Shown piece by piece: positions 41,868-55,299 of a DNA stretch of 64,000 nt. Each line of letters opens with the position of its first letter. The stretch's first letter is position 1. The position numbers were made by a program, and so were the translations under genes. The notes under the pieces are model-generated. The model was given only the letters and a program-made list of their open reading frames with translations, ran no database searches and had not been told where the DNA came from. The stretch is from the NCBI RefSeq assembly GCF_003018255.1, contig NZ_CP027440.1; one strand, 5' to 3'. This DNA comes from Escherichia coli (GTDB lineage: Bacteria; Pseudomonadota; Gammaproteobacteria; Enterobacterales; Enterobacteriaceae).

Positions 41868-42530
41868 ATGGAACTGTATCTGGATACTTCAGACGTTGTT
41901 GCGGTGAAGGCGCTGTCACGTATTTTTCCGCTGGCGGGTGTAACCACTAACCCAAGCATTATCGCCGCGGGTAAAAAACCGCTGGAGGTTGTGCTTCCGC
42001 AACTTCACGAGGCGATGGGCGGTCAGGGGCGTCTGTTTGCCCAGGTAATGGCTACCACTGCTGAAGGGATGGTGAATGACGCACGTAAATTGCGTTCTAT
42101 TATTGCGGATATCGTGGTGAAAGTTCCGGTGACCGCTGAGGGGCTGGCAGCAATTAAGATGTTAAAAGCGGAAGGGATTCCGACGCTGGGAACCGCGGTA
42201 TATGGCGCAGCACAAGGGCTACTGTCGGCGCTGGCAGGTGCGGAATATGTTGCGCCTTACGTTAATCGTATTGATGCTCAGGGCGGTAGCGGCATTCAGA
42301 CTGTGACCGACTTACACCAGTTATTGAAAATGCATGCGCCGCAGGCAAAAGTGTTAGCCGCAAGTTTCAAAACCCCGCGTCAGGCGCTGGACTGCTTACT
42401 GGCAGGATGTGAATCAATTACTCTGCCACTGGATGTGGCACAACAGATGATTAGCTATCCGGCGGTTGATGCCGCTGTGGCGAAGTTTGAGCAGGACTGG
42501 CAGGGAGCGTTTGGCAGAACGTCGATTTAA
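41868..42530 (+). CDS. fsaA: Fructose-6-phosphate aldolase 1 (transaldolase-like)
   Basis: Start at [10 protein letters not shown] (220 aa); the ORF-track N-terminal extension was not used. Confidence 0.92.
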   Translation: MELYLDTSDVVAVKALSRIFPLAGVTTNPSIIAAGKKPLEVVLPQLHEAMGGQGRLFAQVMATTAEGMVNDARKLRSIIADIVVKVPVTAEGLAAIKMLKAEGIPTLGTAVYGAAQGLLSALAGAEYVAPYVNRIDAQGGSGIQTVTDLHQLLKMHAPQAKVLAASFKTPRQALDCLLAGCESITLPLDVAQQMISYPAVDAAVAKFEQDWQGAFGRTSI

Positions 42531-42617
42531 CCGGACGTTCTGCATCCTCATAAATTGCTGATGACGTGGCGGAGTGCACCGATGCCTGCCACGTCTTATC
42601 AGGCCTGGAGGTGGCAA

Positions 42618-43367
42618 TTACTGCCCGCACACCTCACACCCCGGATTGCGCATCAGTTTCATTTCGCGAAACTGACAGGTCATCGCATCGTACATCACGA
42701 TTTTCCCGCTGGCTGGTTTGCCATAACCTGCCAGCAGTTTGATCGCTTCCATTGCCTGCAACGAACCAATTACGCCGATCAACGGTGCCATCACGCCTGC
42801 TTCTACGCAGGTTAACGCGTTCTCGCCAAACAAACGGCTAAGGCAGCGATAGCACGGTTCGCCGTCCTGATAAGTGAAGACCGTGATTTGCCCTTCCATA
42901 CGAATTGCCGCGCCGGAAACCAGCGGCACCTTCGCGGCAAAACAGCCTGCGTTCAGTTGATTACGTACTGCAACGTTATCCGTACAGTCGAGCACCAGAT
43001 CGTGTTTTGCAATCATCGCAGCAAGTTCAGCGTCATCAAGCAGCGCATTGACTGGCGTAATCGCGATATGTGGGTTGATCCGCGTCAGGGCGTCACGGGC
43101 GGATTCCACCTTTGGTTGCCCGACCGTGGCATCACTGTGCAGCGTCTGGCGTTGCAGATTGGAGAGCGAAACCGTGTCGAAGTCGAGCAGCGTCAGGTTG
43201 CCGACACCGGCGCTTGCCAGATACTGCGAAGCTGCGCAGCCGAGTCCACCAAGGCCGACGACCAGCACGCGGGAATCTTTCAATGCTTCCTGACCGTCAA
43301 AATCAAAACCGCGCAGAATGATTTGCCGGTTGTAGCGCAGCATCTCCTGATCGCTGAGTTCTGCCAT
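42618..43367 (-). CDS. moeB: Molybdopterin-synthase adenylyltransferase
   Basis: 249 aa; ThiF/MoeB nucleotide-binding GLGGLGCAAS; C-terminal CxxC pairs. Confidence 0.95.
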   Translation of the reverse strand: MAELSDQEMLRYNRQIILRGFDFDGQEALKDSRVLVVGLGGLGCAASQYLASAGVGNLTLLDFDTVSLSNLQRQTLHSDATVGQPKVESARDALTRINPHIAITPVNALLDDAELAAMIAKHDLVLDCTDNVAVRNQLNAGCFAAKVPLVSGAAIRMEGQITVFTYQDGEPCYRCLSRLFGENALTCVEAGVMAPLIGVIGSLQAMEAIKLLAGYGKPASGKIVMYDAMTCQFREMKLMRNPGCEVCGQ

Positions 43368-44602
43368 TACAGGCCTCCGAACAACGCGTTAAATGGTTCT
43401 ACTTCCACCCATTCGCCCGCTTCTACATTGCCGCGCTCGCGTTCCAGTACGATAAAGCAGTTGCCGAGGCTAAAAGAGCTAAATATATGTGAGCCCTGAT
43501 GCCCGGTGGTGGTGACTTCCAGTTCACCGTCAGCATTACGTTGCAGCACGCCGCGCTGGAAATCAAGGCGTCCTGGCGATTTCTTCAGAGGCGATGTCGT
43601 GCGTACGCGCTGACGCGCGGGCAGGCCGCTGGCGGTGTTGCCGCTCAATTTTGCCAGTAACGGCTGTACCAGTTGATAGAAGGTCAGCGTTGCTGAAACC
43701 GGATTACCCGGCAGGCCGCAGAACCAGCTATTGCTGAGTTTACCGAACGCGAACGGTTTACCCGGTTTAATCGCCAGCTTCCAGAAGGCGATTTCACCCA
43801 GCTCTTCGAGAATGGTTTTGGTGTAATCCGCTTCACCCACTGAAACACCGCCGGAACTGATCACTACATCCGCCTGGCTGTCGGCTTCAATAAATGCGGC
43901 GCGCAGGGCATGGGGATCGTCGCGGATAATCCCTAAGTTGATTACCTCGCAACCCAGCTGTTCTAACATCAGGTGTACGGCGAGACGGTTGGTATCGTAG
44001 ATTTGGCCATCGCCCAGTGGCTGACCAGGCAACTGGAGTTCATCACCGGTAGAAAACAGCGCTACACGCACTTTACGAATCACCGGAACTTCGGCAATCC
44101 CCAGTGAAGCAATCACTGGCAGTTCAGCGGTAGTCAGGCGAGTTCCCGCCGGGAAAACAACCGCACCTGCAGAGATATCTTCACCGCGACGGCGAATATT
44201 TTGCCCGCTACGCACTTCAGCAGTAAAACGCACGCCATTGTCCGTTTGTTCAGTCTGCTCCTGCATCACCACCCCTTCGCAGCCTTCTGGCACCGGCGCA
44301 CCGGTCATAATACGAATGCAGGTACCCGCAGGCCATTCACCATGGTACGGCTGACCGGCAAAGGATTTACCGGCAACGGGCAGCGGTTGCCCGGAGGCAA
44401 TATCGGCTAAACGCACCGCGTAGCCGTCCATAGCGGAGTTATCAAACCCCGGGACATCCAGTGGCGAAACGACATCGCTCGCCAGAATACGACCAAAACA
44501 CTGAACCAGTGGCAGCGTTTCCTGGGCGGTCAGTGGGGTAACGCGAGAAAGCATCTCATTAAGCGCGGTGTCGAGCGACATCAATCCGGTGGTAAATTCC
44601 AT
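43367..44602 (-). CDS. moeA: Molybdopterin molybdenumtransferase
   Basis: 411 aa; stop/start overlap with moeB. Confidence 0.95.
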   Translation of the reverse strand: MEFTTGLMSLDTALNEMLSRVTPLTAQETLPLVQCFGRILASDVVSPLDVPGFDNSAMDGYAVRLADIASGQPLPVAGKSFAGQPYHGEWPAGTCIRIMTGAPVPEGCEGVVMQEQTEQTDNGVRFTAEVRSGQNIRRRGEDISAGAVVFPAGTRLTTAELPVIASLGIAEVPVIRKVRVALFSTGDELQLPGQPLGDGQIYDTNRLAVHLMLEQLGCEVINLGIIRDDPHALRAAFIEADSQADVVISSGGVSVGEADYTKTILEELGEIAFWKLAIKPGKPFAFGKLSNSWFCGLPGNPVSATLTFYQLVQPLLAKLSGNTASGLPARQRVRTTSPLKKSPGRLDFQRGVLQRNADGELEVTTTGHQGSHIFSSFSLGNCFIVLERERGNVEAGEWVEVEPFNALFGGL

Positions 44603-44805
44603 GAAAACACTCCTGCGGAGGCAAAATCGAATTTGCCTATTATGTCAGAAAAACGCCACAGACTGTATGCCACCTCGGGCGTAGTGCTGGCTCCTGCCTT
44701 TACATGCCATATCCATCTTTCTATATTCAAAAATTGAATGAGTAATTCATAAAAATTCTGATATTTATAGCAAAAGTGGCGAGCCACCCTTAATGGACGA
44801 ATACT

Positions 44806-45771
44806 ATGGGCAAAGCTGTCATTGCAATTCATGGCGGCGCAGGTGCAATTAGCCGCGCGCAGATGAGTCTGCAACAGGAATTACGCTACATCGAGGCGCT
44901 GTCTGCCATTGTTGAAACCGGGCAGAAAATGCTGGAAGCGGGCGAAAGTGCGCTGGATGTGGTGACGGAAGCGGTGCGTCTGCTGGAAGAGTGTCCACTG
45001 TTTAACGCCGGAATTGGCGCTGTCTTTACGCGTGATGAAACCCATGAACTGGACGCCTGTGTGATGGATGGTAACACCCTGAAAGCCGGTGCGGTGGCGG
45101 GCGTTAGTCATCTGCGTAATCCGGTTCTTGCCGCCCGGCTGGTGATGGAGCAAAGCCCGCATGTGATGATGATTGGCGAAGGGGCAGAAAATTTTGCGTT
45201 TGCTCATGGCATGGAGCGCGTCTCGCCGGAGATTTTCTCCACGCCTTTGCGTTATGAACAACTACTGGCAGCGCGCGAGGAAGGGGCAATGGTTCTCGAC
45301 CATAGCGGTGCGCCACTGGATGAAAAACAGAAAATGGGCACCGTGGGGGCCGTGGCGTTGGATTTAGACGGCAATCTGGCGGCAGCCACGTCCACGGGCG
45401 GAATGACCAATAAATTACCCGGACGAGTTGGCGATAGTCCCTTAGTGGGGGCCGGATGCTACGCCAATAACGCCAGTGTGGCGGTTTCATGTACCGGCAC
45501 GGGCGAAGTCTTCATCCGCGCGCTGGCGGCATATGACATCGCCGCGTTAATGGATTACGGCGGATTAAGTCTCGCGGAAGCCTGCGAGCGGGTAGTAATG
45601 GAAAAACTCCCTGCGCTTGGCGGTAGCGGTGGCTTAATCGCTATCGACCATGAAGGTAACGTCGCGCTACCGTTTAACACCGAAGGAATGTATCGCGCCT
45701 GGGGCTACGCAGGCGATACGCCAACCACCGGTATCTACCGTGAAAAAGGGGACACCGTTGCCACACAGTGA
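44806..45771 (+). CDS. iaaA: Isoaspartyl peptidase / L-asparaginase (Ntn hydrolase)
   Basis: 321 aa; autoprocessing/nucleophile region GTVGAVALD. Confidence 0.92.
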   Translation: MGKAVIAIHGGAGAISRAQMSLQQELRYIEALSAIVETGQKMLEAGESALDVVTEAVRLLEECPLFNAGIGAVFTRDETHELDACVMDGNTLKAGAVAGVSHLRNPVLAARLVMEQSPHVMMIGEGAENFAFAHGMERVSPEIFSTPLRYEQLLAAREEGAMVLDHSGAPLDEKQKMGTVGAVALDLDGNLAAATSTGGMTNKLPGRVGDSPLVGAGCYANNASVAVSCTGTGEVFIRALAAYDIAALMDYGGLSLAEACERVVMEKLPALGGSGGLIAIDHEGNVALPFNTEGMYRAWGYAGDTPTTGIYREKGDTVATQ

Positions 45772-47629
45772 TGAACTTGATGCCGGTGATGTGCTGGCGG
45801 TTGAAAATCTGAATATTGCCTTTATGCAGGACCAGCAGAAAATAGCTGCGGTCCGCAATCTCTCTTTTAGCCTGCAACGCGGTGAGACGCTGGCAATTGT
45901 TGGCGAATCCGGCTCTGGTAAGTCAGTGACTGCGCTGGCATTGATGCGTCTGTTGGAACAGGCGGGCGGTTTAGTGCAGTGCGATCAAATGCTGTTGCGG
46001 CGGCGCAGTCGTGAAGTGATTGAACTTAGCGAGCAGAGCGCTGCACAAATGCGCCATGTGCGCGGTGCGGATATGGCGATGATATTTCAGGAGCCGATGA
46101 CATCGCTGAACCCGGTATTTACTGTGGGTGAACAGATTGCTGAATCTATTCGTCTGCATCAAAACGCCAGTCGTGAAGAAGCAATGGTCGAGGCGAAGCG
46201 GATGCTGGATCAGGTACGCATTCCGGAGGCACAAACCATTCTTTCACGTTATCCGCATCAACTCTCTGGCGGGATGCGCCAGCGAGTGATGATTGCGATG
46301 GCACTGTCATGCCGCCCGGCGGTGCTGATTGCCGATGAGCCAACCACCGCGCTGGATGTCACTATTCAGGCGCAGATCCTGCAATTAATCAAAGTATTGC
46401 AAAAAGAGATGTCGATGGGCGTTATCTTTATCACTCACGATATGGGCGTGGTGGCAGAGATTGCCGATCGGGTACTGGTGATGTATCAGGGCGAGGCGGT
46501 GGAAACGGGTAGCGTCGAACAGATTTTTCATGCACCGCAACATCCTTACACCCGTGCGCTGTTAGCTGCTGTTCCGCAACTTGGTGCGATGAAAGGGTTA
46601 GATTATCCCCGACGTTTCCCATTGATATCGCTTGAACATCCAGCAAAACAGGAACCACCCATCGAGCAGAAAACGGTGGTGGATGGCGAACCTGTTTTAC
46701 GGGTGCGTAATCTGGTCACCCGTTTCCCTTTGCGCAGCGGTTTGTTGAATCGCGTAACGCGGGAAGTGCATGCCGTTGAGAAAGTCAGTTTTGATCTCTG
46801 GCCTGGCGAAACGCTATCGCTGGTGGGCGAGTCTGGCAGCGGTAAATCCACTACCGGGCGGGCGTTGCTGCGCCTGGTCGAATCGCAGGGCGGCGAAATT
46901 ATCTTTAACGGTCAGCGAATCGATACCTTGTCATCCGGTAAACTTCAGGCTTTGCGCCGGGATATTCAGTTTATTTTTCAGGACCCTTACGCTTCGCTGG
47001 ACCCACGTCAGACCATCGGTGATTCGATTATCGAACCGCTGCGCGTACACGGTTTATTGCCAGGTAAAGAAGCGGCTGCACGCGTTGCGTGGTTGCTGGA
47101 GCGCGTGGGCCTGTTACCGGAACATGCCTGGCGTTACCCGCATGAGTTTTCCGGCGGTCAGCGCCAGCGCATCTGCATTGCTCGCGCGTTGGCATTGAAT
47201 CCAAAAGTGATCATTGCCGACGAAGCCGTCTCGGCGCTGGATGTTTCTATTCGCGGGCAGATTATCAACTTGTTGCTCGATCTCCAGCGTGATTTCGGCA
47301 TTGCGTATCTGTTTATCTCCCACGATATGGCCGTGGTAGAGCGGATTAGTCATCGTGTGGCGGTGATGTATCTCGGACAAATTGTTGAAATTGGTCCACG
47401 GCGCGCGGTCTTCGAAAACCCGAAGCATCCTTATACGCGTAAATTACTGGCGGCAGTTCCGGTCGCTGAACCGTCCCGACAACGACCGCAGCGTGTACTG
47501 CTGTCGGACGATCTTCCCAGCAATATTCATCTGCGTGGCGAAGAGGTTGCAGCCGTCTCGTTGCAATGCGTCGGGCCGGGGCATTACGTCGCACAACCAC
47601 AATCAGAATACGCATTCATGCGTAGATAA
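45758..47629 (+). CDS. gsiA: Glutathione ABC importer ATPase (two fused ABC domains)
   Basis: Two Walker A motifs GESGSGKS; N-terminus PHSDELDAG has only an in-frame TTG (45758), overlapping the iaaA stop by 14 bp; the ORF-track ATG at 45650 lies inside iaaA. Confidence 0.85.
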   Translation: MPHSDELDAGDVLAVENLNIAFMQDQQKIAAVRNLSFSLQRGETLAIVGESGSGKSVTALALMRLLEQAGGLVQCDQMLLRRRSREVIELSEQSAAQMRHVRGADMAMIFQEPMTSLNPVFTVGEQIAESIRLHQNASREEAMVEAKRMLDQVRIPEAQTILSRYPHQLSGGMRQRVMIAMALSCRPAVLIADEPTTALDVTIQAQILQLIKVLQKEMSMGVIFITHDMGVVAEIADRVLVMYQGEAVETGSVEQIFHAPQHPYTRALLAAVPQLGAMKGLDYPRRFPLISLEHPAKQEPPIEQKTVVDGEPVLRVRNLVTRFPLRSGLLNRVTREVHAVEKVSFDLWPGETLSLVGESGSGKSTTGRALLRLVESQGGEIIFNGQRIDTLSSGKLQALRRDIQFIFQDPYASLDPRQTIGDSIIEPLRVHGLLPGKEAAARVAWLLERVGLLPEHAWRYPHEFSGGQRQRICIARALALNPKVIIADEAVSALDVSIRGQIINLLLDLQRDFGIAYLFISHDMAVVERISHRVAVMYLGQIVEIGPRRAVFENPKHPYTRKLLAAVPVAEPSRQRPQRVLLSDDLPSNIHLRGEEVAAVSLQCVGPGHYVAQPQSEYAFMRR

Positions 47630-47648
47630 CATTCAGGCGGAGAATAAA

Positions 47649-49187
47649 ATGGCAAGAGCTGTACACCGTAGTGGGTTAGTGGCGCTGGGCATTGCGACAG
47701 CGTTGATGGCATCTTGTGCATTCGCTGCCAAAGATGTGGTGGTGGCGGTAGGATCGAACTTCACCACGCTCGATCCGTATGACGCAAATGACACGTTATC
47801 TCAGGCCGTAGCGAAATCGTTTTACCAGGGGCTGTTCGGTCTCGATAAAGAGATGAAACTGAAAAACGTGCTGGCGGAGAGTTATACCGTTTCCGATGAC
47901 GGCCTTACTTACACCGTGAAACTGCGGGAAGGAATTAAATTCCAGGATGGAACCGACTTCAACGCAGTGGCGGTAAAAGCGAATCTGGACCGGGCCAGCG
48001 ATCCGGCGAATCATCTTAAACGCTACAACCTGTATAAGAATATTGCCAAAACGGAGGCGATCGATCCGACAACGGTAAAGATTACTCTCAAACAGCCGTT
48101 CTCAGCGTTTATTAATATTCTTGCCCATCCGGCGACCGCGATGATTTCACCGGCAGCGCTGGAAAAATATGGCAAGGAGATTGGTTTTCATCCGGTGGGA
48201 ACCGGGCCGTATGAACTGGATACCTGGAATCAGACCGATTTTGTGAAGGTGAAAAAATTCGCGGGTTACTGGCAGCCAGGATTGCCCAAACTGGACAGCA
48301 TAACCTGGCGTCCGGTGGCGGATAACAACACCCGCGCGGCAATGCTGCAAACCGGTGAAGCGCAGTTTGCTTTCCCCATTCCCTACGAGCAGGCCGCACT
48401 GCTGGAGAAAAACAAAAATATCGAGTTGATGGCCAGTCCGTCAATTATGCAGCGTTATATCAGTATGAACGTGACGCAAAAGCCGTTCGATAACCCGAAG
48501 GTCCGTGAGGCGCTGAATCACGCCATTAACCGCCCGGCGCTGGTGAAAGTGGCCTTCGCGGGCTATGCAACGCCAGCTAGTGGTGTGGTACCGCCGAGTA
48601 TCGCCTACGCGCAAAGTTATAAACCGTGGCCTTACGATCCAGTGAAAGCGCGCGAATTACTGAAAGAGGCGGGATATCCCAACGGTTTCAGTACCACGCT
48701 GTGGTCGTCACATAACCACAGCACCGCGCAGAAAGTGCTGCAATTTACCCAGCAGCAGTTAGCGCAGGTCGGGATTAAAGCCCAGGTGACTGCGATGGAT
48801 GCCGGACAGCGGGCGGCAGAAGTCGAAGGTAAAGGGCAAAAAGAGAGCGGCGTGCGGATGTTCTACACTGGCTGGTCGGCTTCAACCGGCGAAGCCGACT
48901 GGGCTCTATCGCCGCTGTTTGCCTCGCAGAACTGGCCACCAACGCTGTTTAATACCGCGTTTTACAGCAATAAACAGGTGGATGACTTCCTGGCTCAGGC
49001 ACTGAAAACTAATGATCCGGCGGAAAAGACCCGCTTGTATAAGGCGGCGCAGGATATCATCTGGCAAGAGTCGCCGTGGATCCCGCTGGTGGTAGAAAAA
49101 CTTGTGTCGGCACACAGTAAAAACCTGACCGGTTTTTGGATCATGCCAGACACCGGCTTCAGCTTTGAAGATGCGGATTTGCAATAA
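47649..49187 (+). CDS. gsiB: Glutathione-binding periplasmic protein (SBP family 5)
   Basis: Start at [26 protein letters not shown] (512 aa, signal peptide), 20 bp after gsiA. Confidence 0.92.
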   Translation: MARAVHRSGLVALGIATALMASCAFAAKDVVVAVGSNFTTLDPYDANDTLSQAVAKSFYQGLFGLDKEMKLKNVLAESYTVSDDGLTYTVKLREGIKFQDGTDFNAVAVKANLDRASDPANHLKRYNLYKNIAKTEAIDPTTVKITLKQPFSAFINILAHPATAMISPAALEKYGKEIGFHPVGTGPYELDTWNQTDFVKVKKFAGYWQPGLPKLDSITWRPVADNNTRAAMLQTGEAQFAFPIPYEQAALLEKNKNIELMASPSIMQRYISMNVTQKPFDNPKVREALNHAINRPALVKVAFAGYATPASGVVPPSIAYAQSYKPWPYDPVKARELLKEAGYPNGFSTTLWSSHNHSTAQKVLQFTQQQLAQVGIKAQVTAMDAGQRAAEVEGKGQKESGVRMFYTGWSASTGEADWALSPLFASQNWPPTLFNTAFYSNKQVDDFLAQALKTNDPAEKTRLYKAAQDIIWQESPWIPLVVEKLVSAHSKNLTGFWIMPDTGFSFEDADLQ

Positions 49188-49204
49188 GCAACGCAGGGAG
49201 TGGA

Positions 49205-50125
49205 ATGCTTAATTACGTTATCAAACGCTTACTGGGGTTGATTCCGACGCTGTTTATCGTCTCGGTGCTGGTGTTTTTATTTGTCCACATGCTGCCCGGC
49301 GATCCGGCGCGATTAATTGCCGGGCCCGAAGCTGATGCGCAGGTTATAGAACTGGTGCGTCAGCAGCTGGGGTTGGATCAGCCGCTGTATCACCAGTTCT
49401 GGCACTATATCAGCAATGCTGTGCAGGGGGATTTTGGCCTGTCGATGGTGTCGCGTCGTCCGGTTGGCGATGAGATTGCCAGCCGCTTTATGCCAACGCT
49501 GTGGCTGACCATAACCAGTATGGTCTGGGCGGTGATATTTGGTATGGCGGCGGGAATTATCGCCGCCGTCTGGCGTAACCGTTGGCCGGATCGATTGAGT
49601 ATGACTATTGCGGTGTCGGGGATTTCGTTTCCGGCATTTGCTCTGGGGATGCTTTTAATTCAGGTATTCTCTGTTGAACTGGGCTGGCTGCCTACCGTGG
49701 GAGCAGACAGTTGGCAGCACTACATTTTACCCTCCCTGACGCTCGGCGCGGCAGTGGCCGCCGTGATGGCGCGCTTTACCCGCGCGTCGTTTGTCGACGT
49801 TTTAAGCGAAGATTATATGCGTACCGCGAGGGCGAAAGGGGTGAGCGAAACCTGGGTTGTCCTCAAACACGGGCTACGCAACGCGATGATCCCGGTAGTG
49901 ACCATGATGGGCTTACAGTTTGGATTTTTACTCGGTGGTTCCATCGTGGTGGAGAAAGTTTTCAACTGGCCCGGACTTGGACGCTTACTCGTTGACTCCG
50001 TTGAAATGCGCGATTACCCGGTGATTCAGGCGGAAATTCTGCTTTTCTCGCTGGAATTTATTCTTATCAACTTAGTGGTGGATGTGCTTTACGCCGCCAT
50101 TAACCCGGCTATCAGGTACAAGTAA
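49205..50125 (+). CDS. gsiC: Glutathione ABC transporter permease
   Basis: 306-aa membrane protein, Dpp/Opp-type permease layout. Confidence 0.92.
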   Translation: MLNYVIKRLLGLIPTLFIVSVLVFLFVHMLPGDPARLIAGPEADAQVIELVRQQLGLDQPLYHQFWHYISNAVQGDFGLSMVSRRPVGDEIASRFMPTLWLTITSMVWAVIFGMAAGIIAAVWRNRWPDRLSMTIAVSGISFPAFALGMLLIQVFSVELGWLPTVGADSWQHYILPSLTLGAAVAAVMARFTRASFVDVLSEDYMRTARAKGVSETWVVLKHGLRNAMIPVVTMMGLQFGFLLGGSIVVEKVFNWPGLGRLLVDSVEMRDYPVIQAEILLFSLEFILINLVVDVLYAAINPAIRYK

Positions 50126-50127
50126 GG

Positions 50128-51039
50128 ATGCGACTATTTAACTGGCGACGTCAGGCGGTGTTAAACGCCATGCCACTGGTCAAACCTGACCAGGTACGTA
50201 CACCGTGGCATGAATTCTGGCGACGATTTCGCCGTCAGCATATGGCGATGACCGCCGCATTGTTCGTTATTTTATTGATTGTGGTGGCCATTTTTGCACG
50301 CTGGATCGCTCCCTATGACGCCGAAAATTATTTTGATTATGACAATCTGAATAACGGACCTTCTTTGCAGCACTGGTTTGGTGTCGATTCACTGGGGCGC
50401 GACATTTTCAGCCGTGTCCTGGTTGGTGCGCAAATATCGCTGGCGGCGGGCGTGTTTGCCGTGTTTATCGGTGCGGCGATCGGGACGTTGCTGGGCTTGC
50501 TGGCTGGATATTATGAAGGCTGGTGGGATCGGCTGATCATGCGCATTTGCGATGTGTTGTTTGCCTTCCCGGGTATTTTACTGGCGATCGCTGTTGTTGC
50601 GGTGTTGGGAAGCGGCATTGCTAACGTGATTATCGCAGTCGCCATTTTTTCCATCCCCGCGTTTGCCCGGCTGGTGCGCGGCAACACGCTGGTGTTGAAA
50701 CAGCAAACCTTTATCGAGTCAGCACGCAGTATTGGTGCCAGCGATATGACCATTTTGTTGCGTCATATCTTGCCTGGGACCGTCTCTTCTATCGTGGTGT
50801 TTTTCACCATGCGCATTGGCGCCTCGATTATCTCTGCCGCCAGCCTGTCATTTCTCGGCCTCGGTGCGCAGCCGCCGACACCAGAGTGGGGTGCAATGCT
50901 CAATGAGGCACGAGCGGATATGGTTATCGCGCCGCATGTCGCTGTTTTTCCGGCCCTGGCTATTTTTCTGACCGTACTGGCGTTCAATTTGTTGGGCGAT
51001 GGTTTACGCGATGCGCTGGATCCGAAAATTAAAGGATAG
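50128..51039 (+). CDS. gsiD: Glutathione ABC transporter permease
   Basis: 303-aa membrane protein immediately after gsiC. Confidence 0.92.
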   Translation: MRLFNWRRQAVLNAMPLVKPDQVRTPWHEFWRRFRRQHMAMTAALFVILLIVVAIFARWIAPYDAENYFDYDNLNNGPSLQHWFGVDSLGRDIFSRVLVGAQISLAAGVFAVFIGAAIGTLLGLLAGYYEGWWDRLIMRICDVLFAFPGILLAIAVVAVLGSGIANVIIAVAIFSIPAFARLVRGNTLVLKQQTFIESARSIGASDMTILLRHILPGTVSSIVVFFTMRIGASIISAASLSFLGLGAQPPTPEWGAMLNEARADMVIAPHVAVFPALAIFLTVLAFNLLGDGLRDALDPKIKG

Positions 51040-51215
51040 TTACGTTTGAATATTGCTTGAAAGGGTAATCACCTCACAGGAAATTATTGCCCTAAGCAAG
51101 TGTTGTAACTTTCTGCTGATTTTGTAGAATCGGGTAATTTGGTTAAAAAGCCGCAGCAAGGGACTATTTTGCAGCGGCACAGCGTTCAGACAGTTATTTT
51201 GTTAAATGTATTAAC

Positions 51216-53564
51216 ATGCTGAGTTTATACGAAAAGATAAAGATAAGGCTGATAATTTTATTTTTATTGGCAGCACTGTCATTTATTGGTCTTTTTTTCA
51301 TCATTAACTATCAACTGGTATCGGAACGCGCGGTAAAACGTGCCGATAGCCGCTTTGAACTTATTCAGAAAAACGTTGGCTATTTCTTTAAAGATATTGA
51401 ACGTTCGGCCCTGACATTAAAGGACTCACTATATTTATTAAAAAATACAGAGGAGATTCAACGCGCCGTAATTCTGAAAATGGAAATGATGCCATTTTTA
51501 GACTCGGTGGGACTGGTACTTGATGATAATAAATATTATCTCTTTTCGCGGAGGGCGAATGATAAAATCGTTGTTTATCATCAGGAACAAGTAAATGGAC
51601 CGCTTGTCGACGAGTCAGGGCGGGTTATTTTTGCCGATTTTAACCCATCGAAACGACCGTGGTCGATGGCTTCAGATGACTCTAACAACAGCTGGAATCC
51701 GGCATACAATTGCTTTGATCGTCCGGGTAAAAAATGTATCTCTTTTACGCTACGCATCAACGGCAAAGATCACGATTTGTTAGTGGTGGATAAAATTCAT
51801 GTCGATTTAAACTGGCGATATCTGAACGAGTATCTTGATCACATCAGCGCTAATGATGAAGTTCTATTTTTAAAGCAAGGTCATGAGATCATTGCCAAGA
51901 ATCAACTCGCGCGTGAAAAATTGATTATTTATAATAGCGAAGGTAATTATAATATTATTGATTCTGTCGATACGGAATATATTGAAAAAACATCAGCGGT
52001 GCCAAACAACGCATTATTCGAAATCTATTTTTATTATCCTGGTGGTAATTTATTGAACGCATCAGATAAACTTTTTTATCTGCCGTTTGCGTTCATTATT
52101 ATCGTATTGTTGGTGGTTTATTTAATGACCACTCGTGTGTTCCGTCGGCAATTTTCTGAAATGACCGAGCTGGTTAATACGCTGGCGTTTTTGCCCGACT
52201 CAACGGATCAGATCGAGGCTCTGAAAATTCGCGAAGGCGATGCGAAAGAGATTATCAGCATCAAAAATTCGATCGCGGAAATGAAAGATGCCGAAATTGA
52301 ACGGTCAAATAAATTGCTCTCACTGATCTCTTACGATCAGGAAAGCGGTTTTATTAAAAATATGGCGATTATTGAATCCAACAATAATCAGTATCTGGCT
52401 GTGGGGATCATCAAACTGTGTGGTCTGGAAGCTGTGGAAGCGGTGTTTGGTGTTGATGAACGCAATAAAATCGTCAGGAAATTGTGTCAGCGAATTGCCG
52501 AGAAATATGCGCAATGCTGCGATATCGTGACATTTAATGCCGATCTCTATTTACTCCTGTGCCGGGAAAATGTACAGACGTTTACCCGTAAGATAGCGAC
52601 GGTAAACGATTTTGACAGCAGTTTTGGCTACCGCAATCTGCGCATCCATAAGTCTGCTATTTGTGAACCTTTGCAGGGGGAAAACGCCTGGAGTTACGCA
52701 GAAAAGCTGAAACTGGCGATTTCCAGTATCCGCAACCATATGTTCTCAGAGTTTATTTTCTGTGATGATGCGAAACTCAACGAAATAGAAGAGAATATCT
52801 GGATTGCGCGTAATATTCGCCATGCAATGGAAATTGGCGAACTATTCCTCGTCTATCAACCGATCGTTGATATTAACACCCGCGCCATTCTGGGCGCGGA
52901 GGCGTTGTGCCGTTGGGTGTCTGCGGAGCGGGGGATCATTTCACCGCTGAAGTTCATTACCATTGCTGAAGATATCGGGTTTATCAATGAGCTGGGCTAT
53001 CAAATTATTAAAACCGCGATGGGTGAATTCAGACATTTTAGTCAGCGTGCGTCGCTGAAGGATGATTTCTTACTGCATATTAATGTTTCGCCCTGGCAGT
53101 TAAACGAACCACACTTTCATGAGCGTTTTACTACCATCATGAAAGAAAATGGCCTGAAGGCGAACAGCCTTTGTGTTGAGATCACTGAAACCGTGATTGA
53201 GCGAATTAATGAACATTTTTATCTCAATATTGAACAACTGCGTAAACAAGGGGTACGGATATCGATTGATGACTTTGGCACCGGTTTGTCAAACCTGAAA
53301 CGTTTTTATGAAATTAATCCAGACAGCATAAAGGTGGACTCGCAGTTTACCGGCAATATTTTTGGTACTGCGGGAAAAATTGTGCGCATTATTTTCGATC
53401 TGGCACGCTATAACCGGATCCCGGTGATTGCGGAAGGCGTAGAGAGCGAAGACGTTGCGCGCGAATTAATCAAATTAGGATGTGTTCAGGCTCAGGGGTA
53501 TCTGTACCAGAAACCCATGCCATTCTCCGCCTGGGATAAAAGTGGAAAATTAGTAAAAGAGTAG
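51216..53564 (+). CDS. pdeI: Membrane-anchored c-di-GMP phosphodiesterase (EAL domain)
   Basis: 782 aa; N-terminal TM/periplasmic region; EAL motif (GAEALCRW) in the C-terminal domain. Confidence 0.9.
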   Translation: MLSLYEKIKIRLIILFLLAALSFIGLFFIINYQLVSERAVKRADSRFELIQKNVGYFFKDIERSALTLKDSLYLLKNTEEIQRAVILKMEMMPFLDSVGLVLDDNKYYLFSRRANDKIVVYHQEQVNGPLVDESGRVIFADFNPSKRPWSMASDDSNNSWNPAYNCFDRPGKKCISFTLRINGKDHDLLVVDKIHVDLNWRYLNEYLDHISANDEVLFLKQGHEIIAKNQLAREKLIIYNSEGNYNIIDSVDTEYIEKTSAVPNNALFEIYFYYPGGNLLNASDKLFYLPFAFIIIVLLVVYLMTTRVFRRQFSEMTELVNTLAFLPDSTDQIEALKIREGDAKEIISIKNSIAEMKDAEIERSNKLLSLISYDQESGFIKNMAIIESNNNQYLAVGIIKLCGLEAVEAVFGVDERNKIVRKLCQRIAEKYAQCCDIVTFNADLYLLLCRENVQTFTRKIATVNDFDSSFGYRNLRIHKSAICEPLQGENAWSYAEKLKLAISSIRNHMFSEFIFCDDAKLNEIEENIWIARNIRHAMEIGELFLVYQPIVDINTRAILGAEALCRWVSAERGIISPLKFITIAEDIGFINELGYQIIKTAMGEFRHFSQRASLKDDFLLHINVSPWQLNEPHFHERFTTIMKENGLKANSLCVEITETVIERINEHFYLNIEQLRKQGVRISIDDFGTGLSNLKRFYEINPDSIKVDSQFTGNIFGTAGKIVRIIFDLARYNRIPVIAEGVESEDVARELIKLGCVQAQGYLYQKPMPFSAWDKSGKLVKE

Positions 53565-53571
53565 TTTACGT

Positions 53572-54900
53572 ATGTCCAGAATCAATAAGTTCGTACTTAC
53601 AGTCAGTCTGCTGATTTTTATCATGATTTCAGCAGTTGCCTGCGGGATCTACACTCAAATGGTAAAGGAACGGGTGTATAGCCTGAAACAGTCCGTTATT
53701 GATACTGCTTTTGCGGTGGCAAATATTGCTGAATATCGGCGTAGCGTGGCAATTGATCTTATCAACACGCTAAATCCCACGGAGGAACAGCTGTTGGTTG
53801 GCTTACGCACAGCTTACGCCGACTCGGTTTCACCCTCTTATTTGTACGATGTCGGTCCTTATCTGATTTCCAGTGACGAATGTATTCAGGTAAAGGAGTT
53901 CGAGAAAAATTATTGTGCAGATATTATGCAGGTTGTGAAGTATCGACATGTCAAAAATACAGGGTTTATCTCTTTTGATGGTAAAACCTTCGTCTATTAC
54001 CTCTATCCGGTAACTCACAATCGTAGTCTGATATTTTTGCTTGGTCTGGAACGTTTTTCTTTACTGTCAAAATCGCTGGCGATGGATAGCGAGAACCTGA
54101 TGTTCTCCCTGTTCAAGAACGGTAAATCGGTGACCGGTGATGAATATAACGCTAAAAACGCCATCTTCACTGTTTCGGAAGCGATGGAGCACTTCGCCTA
54201 TTTGCCGACCGGGTTGTACGTATTTGCTTATAAAAAAGACGTTTATTTTCAGGTATGTACATTGATTATTTTCTTTGCCGCATTGGTGGCAGTGATATCG
54301 GGTGCCAGTTGCCTCTATCTGGTACGCAGAGTGATTAATCGTGGTATTGTGGAGAAAGAAGCCATTATTAATAACCATTTTGAACGCGTACTGGATGGCG
54401 GGCTTTTCTTTTCGGCTGCCGATGTCAAAAAACTCTACAGTATGTATAACTCGGCATTCCTGGACGATCTGACCAAAGCGATGGGCAGAAAATCCTTTGA
54501 CGAAGATTTAAAAGCGCTGCCGGAAAAAGGCGGTTATTTGTGCCTGTTTGACGTCGATAAATTCAAAAACATTAACGACACCTTCGGTCATTTGCTGGGC
54601 GATGAAGTGTTGATGAAAGTGGTGAAAATCCTTAAATCACAGCTCCCCGTAGATAAAGGTAAAGTCTACCGCTTCGGCGGTGACGAATTTGCGGTGATTT
54701 ATACGGGTGGAACGCTGGAAGAGTTGCTATCGATTCTAAAAGAAATTGTTCATTTCCAGGTGGGAAGCATTAATTTAAGCACCAGTATCGGTGTAGCGCA
54801 TTCAAATGAATGTACTACCGTCGAACGCTTGAAAATGCTGGCGGATGAGCGACTGTATAAGAGTAAGAAAAACGGCAGGGCGCAGATTAGCTGGCAGTAG
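53572..54900 (+). CDS. dgcI: Membrane-anchored diguanylate cyclase (GGDEF domain)
   Basis: 442 aa; active-site motif RFGGDEF; 8 bp downstream of pdeI. Confidence 0.9.
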   Translation: MSRINKFVLTVSLLIFIMISAVACGIYTQMVKERVYSLKQSVIDTAFAVANIAEYRRSVAIDLINTLNPTEEQLLVGLRTAYADSVSPSYLYDVGPYLISSDECIQVKEFEKNYCADIMQVVKYRHVKNTGFISFDGKTFVYYLYPVTHNRSLIFLLGLERFSLLSKSLAMDSENLMFSLFKNGKSVTGDEYNAKNAIFTVSEAMEHFAYLPTGLYVFAYKKDVYFQVCTLIIFFAALVAVISGASCLYLVRRVINRGIVEKEAIINNHFERVLDGGLFFSAADVKKLYSMYNSAFLDDLTKAMGRKSFDEDLKALPEKGGYLCLFDVDKFKNINDTFGHLLGDEVLMKVVKILKSQLPVDKGKVYRFGGDEFAVIYTGGTLEELLSILKEIVHFQVGSINLSTSIGVAHSNECTTVERLKMLADERLYKSKKNGRAQISWQ

Positions 54901-54914
54901 AATTAGAATAGTGT

Positions 54915-54940
54915 TAGTACCCCTTAATCAAGGGGTACTA
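54915..54940. terminator. Perfect inverted repeat just after the dgcI stop (left edge of TA islet)
   Basis: tagtacccctt-aatc-aaggggtacta: 11-bp stems, 4-nt loop; no strong U-tract on either side. Confidence 0.4.
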
Positions 54941-54969
54941 ATGAATGTGGTAAATCATTTGCAAACATT

Positions 54970-55299
54970 TTACTTTGCAAAAACTTCCGGCCCTTTTATT
55001 GCCAATGTATTCAAAATACGTAATGCCGGGCCGCTCGGTTTTATTTCATTACGTTCCCATTTCGAGACACTTTCTTTTGACATTCCCATTGTATGTGCCA
55101 GCACGGATTGTGACATGCCGTATCGGGTGCGGATGGCTTTGATCTCTTCACCCGTCATTGATTTGACTTTGGCTATACGGGCGCTGACTTCACGAGCTTT
55201 GACCATGACGGCAATGGCATCAACTTCACTATCAGACATCAGGCCCAGTGCATTCAGTTCCTTTGCATCTTCCAGCATCATTTGTAATTTATCGCTCAT
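54970..55299 (-). CDS. Type II antitoxin, XRE-family helix-turn-helix protein (HigA-like)
   Basis: 109 aa; HTH segment GMSQSVLAHTMGMSKESVSKWERNEIKPSGPALRIL; start overlaps the upstream toxin ORF by 11 bp. Confidence 0.75.
   Translation of the reverse strand: MSDKLQMMLEDAKELNALGLMSDSEVDAIAVMVKAREVSARIAKVKSMTGEEIKAIRTRYGMSQSVLAHTMGMSKESVSKWERNEIKPSGPALRILNTLAIKGPEVFAK

Noticed and set aside
44581-44874. 97-aa minus-strand ORF spanning the moeA-iaaA spacer
   Set aside because: Overlaps the 5' ends of both flanking genes and has a Cys/His-rich low-complexity translation; no support as a gene.
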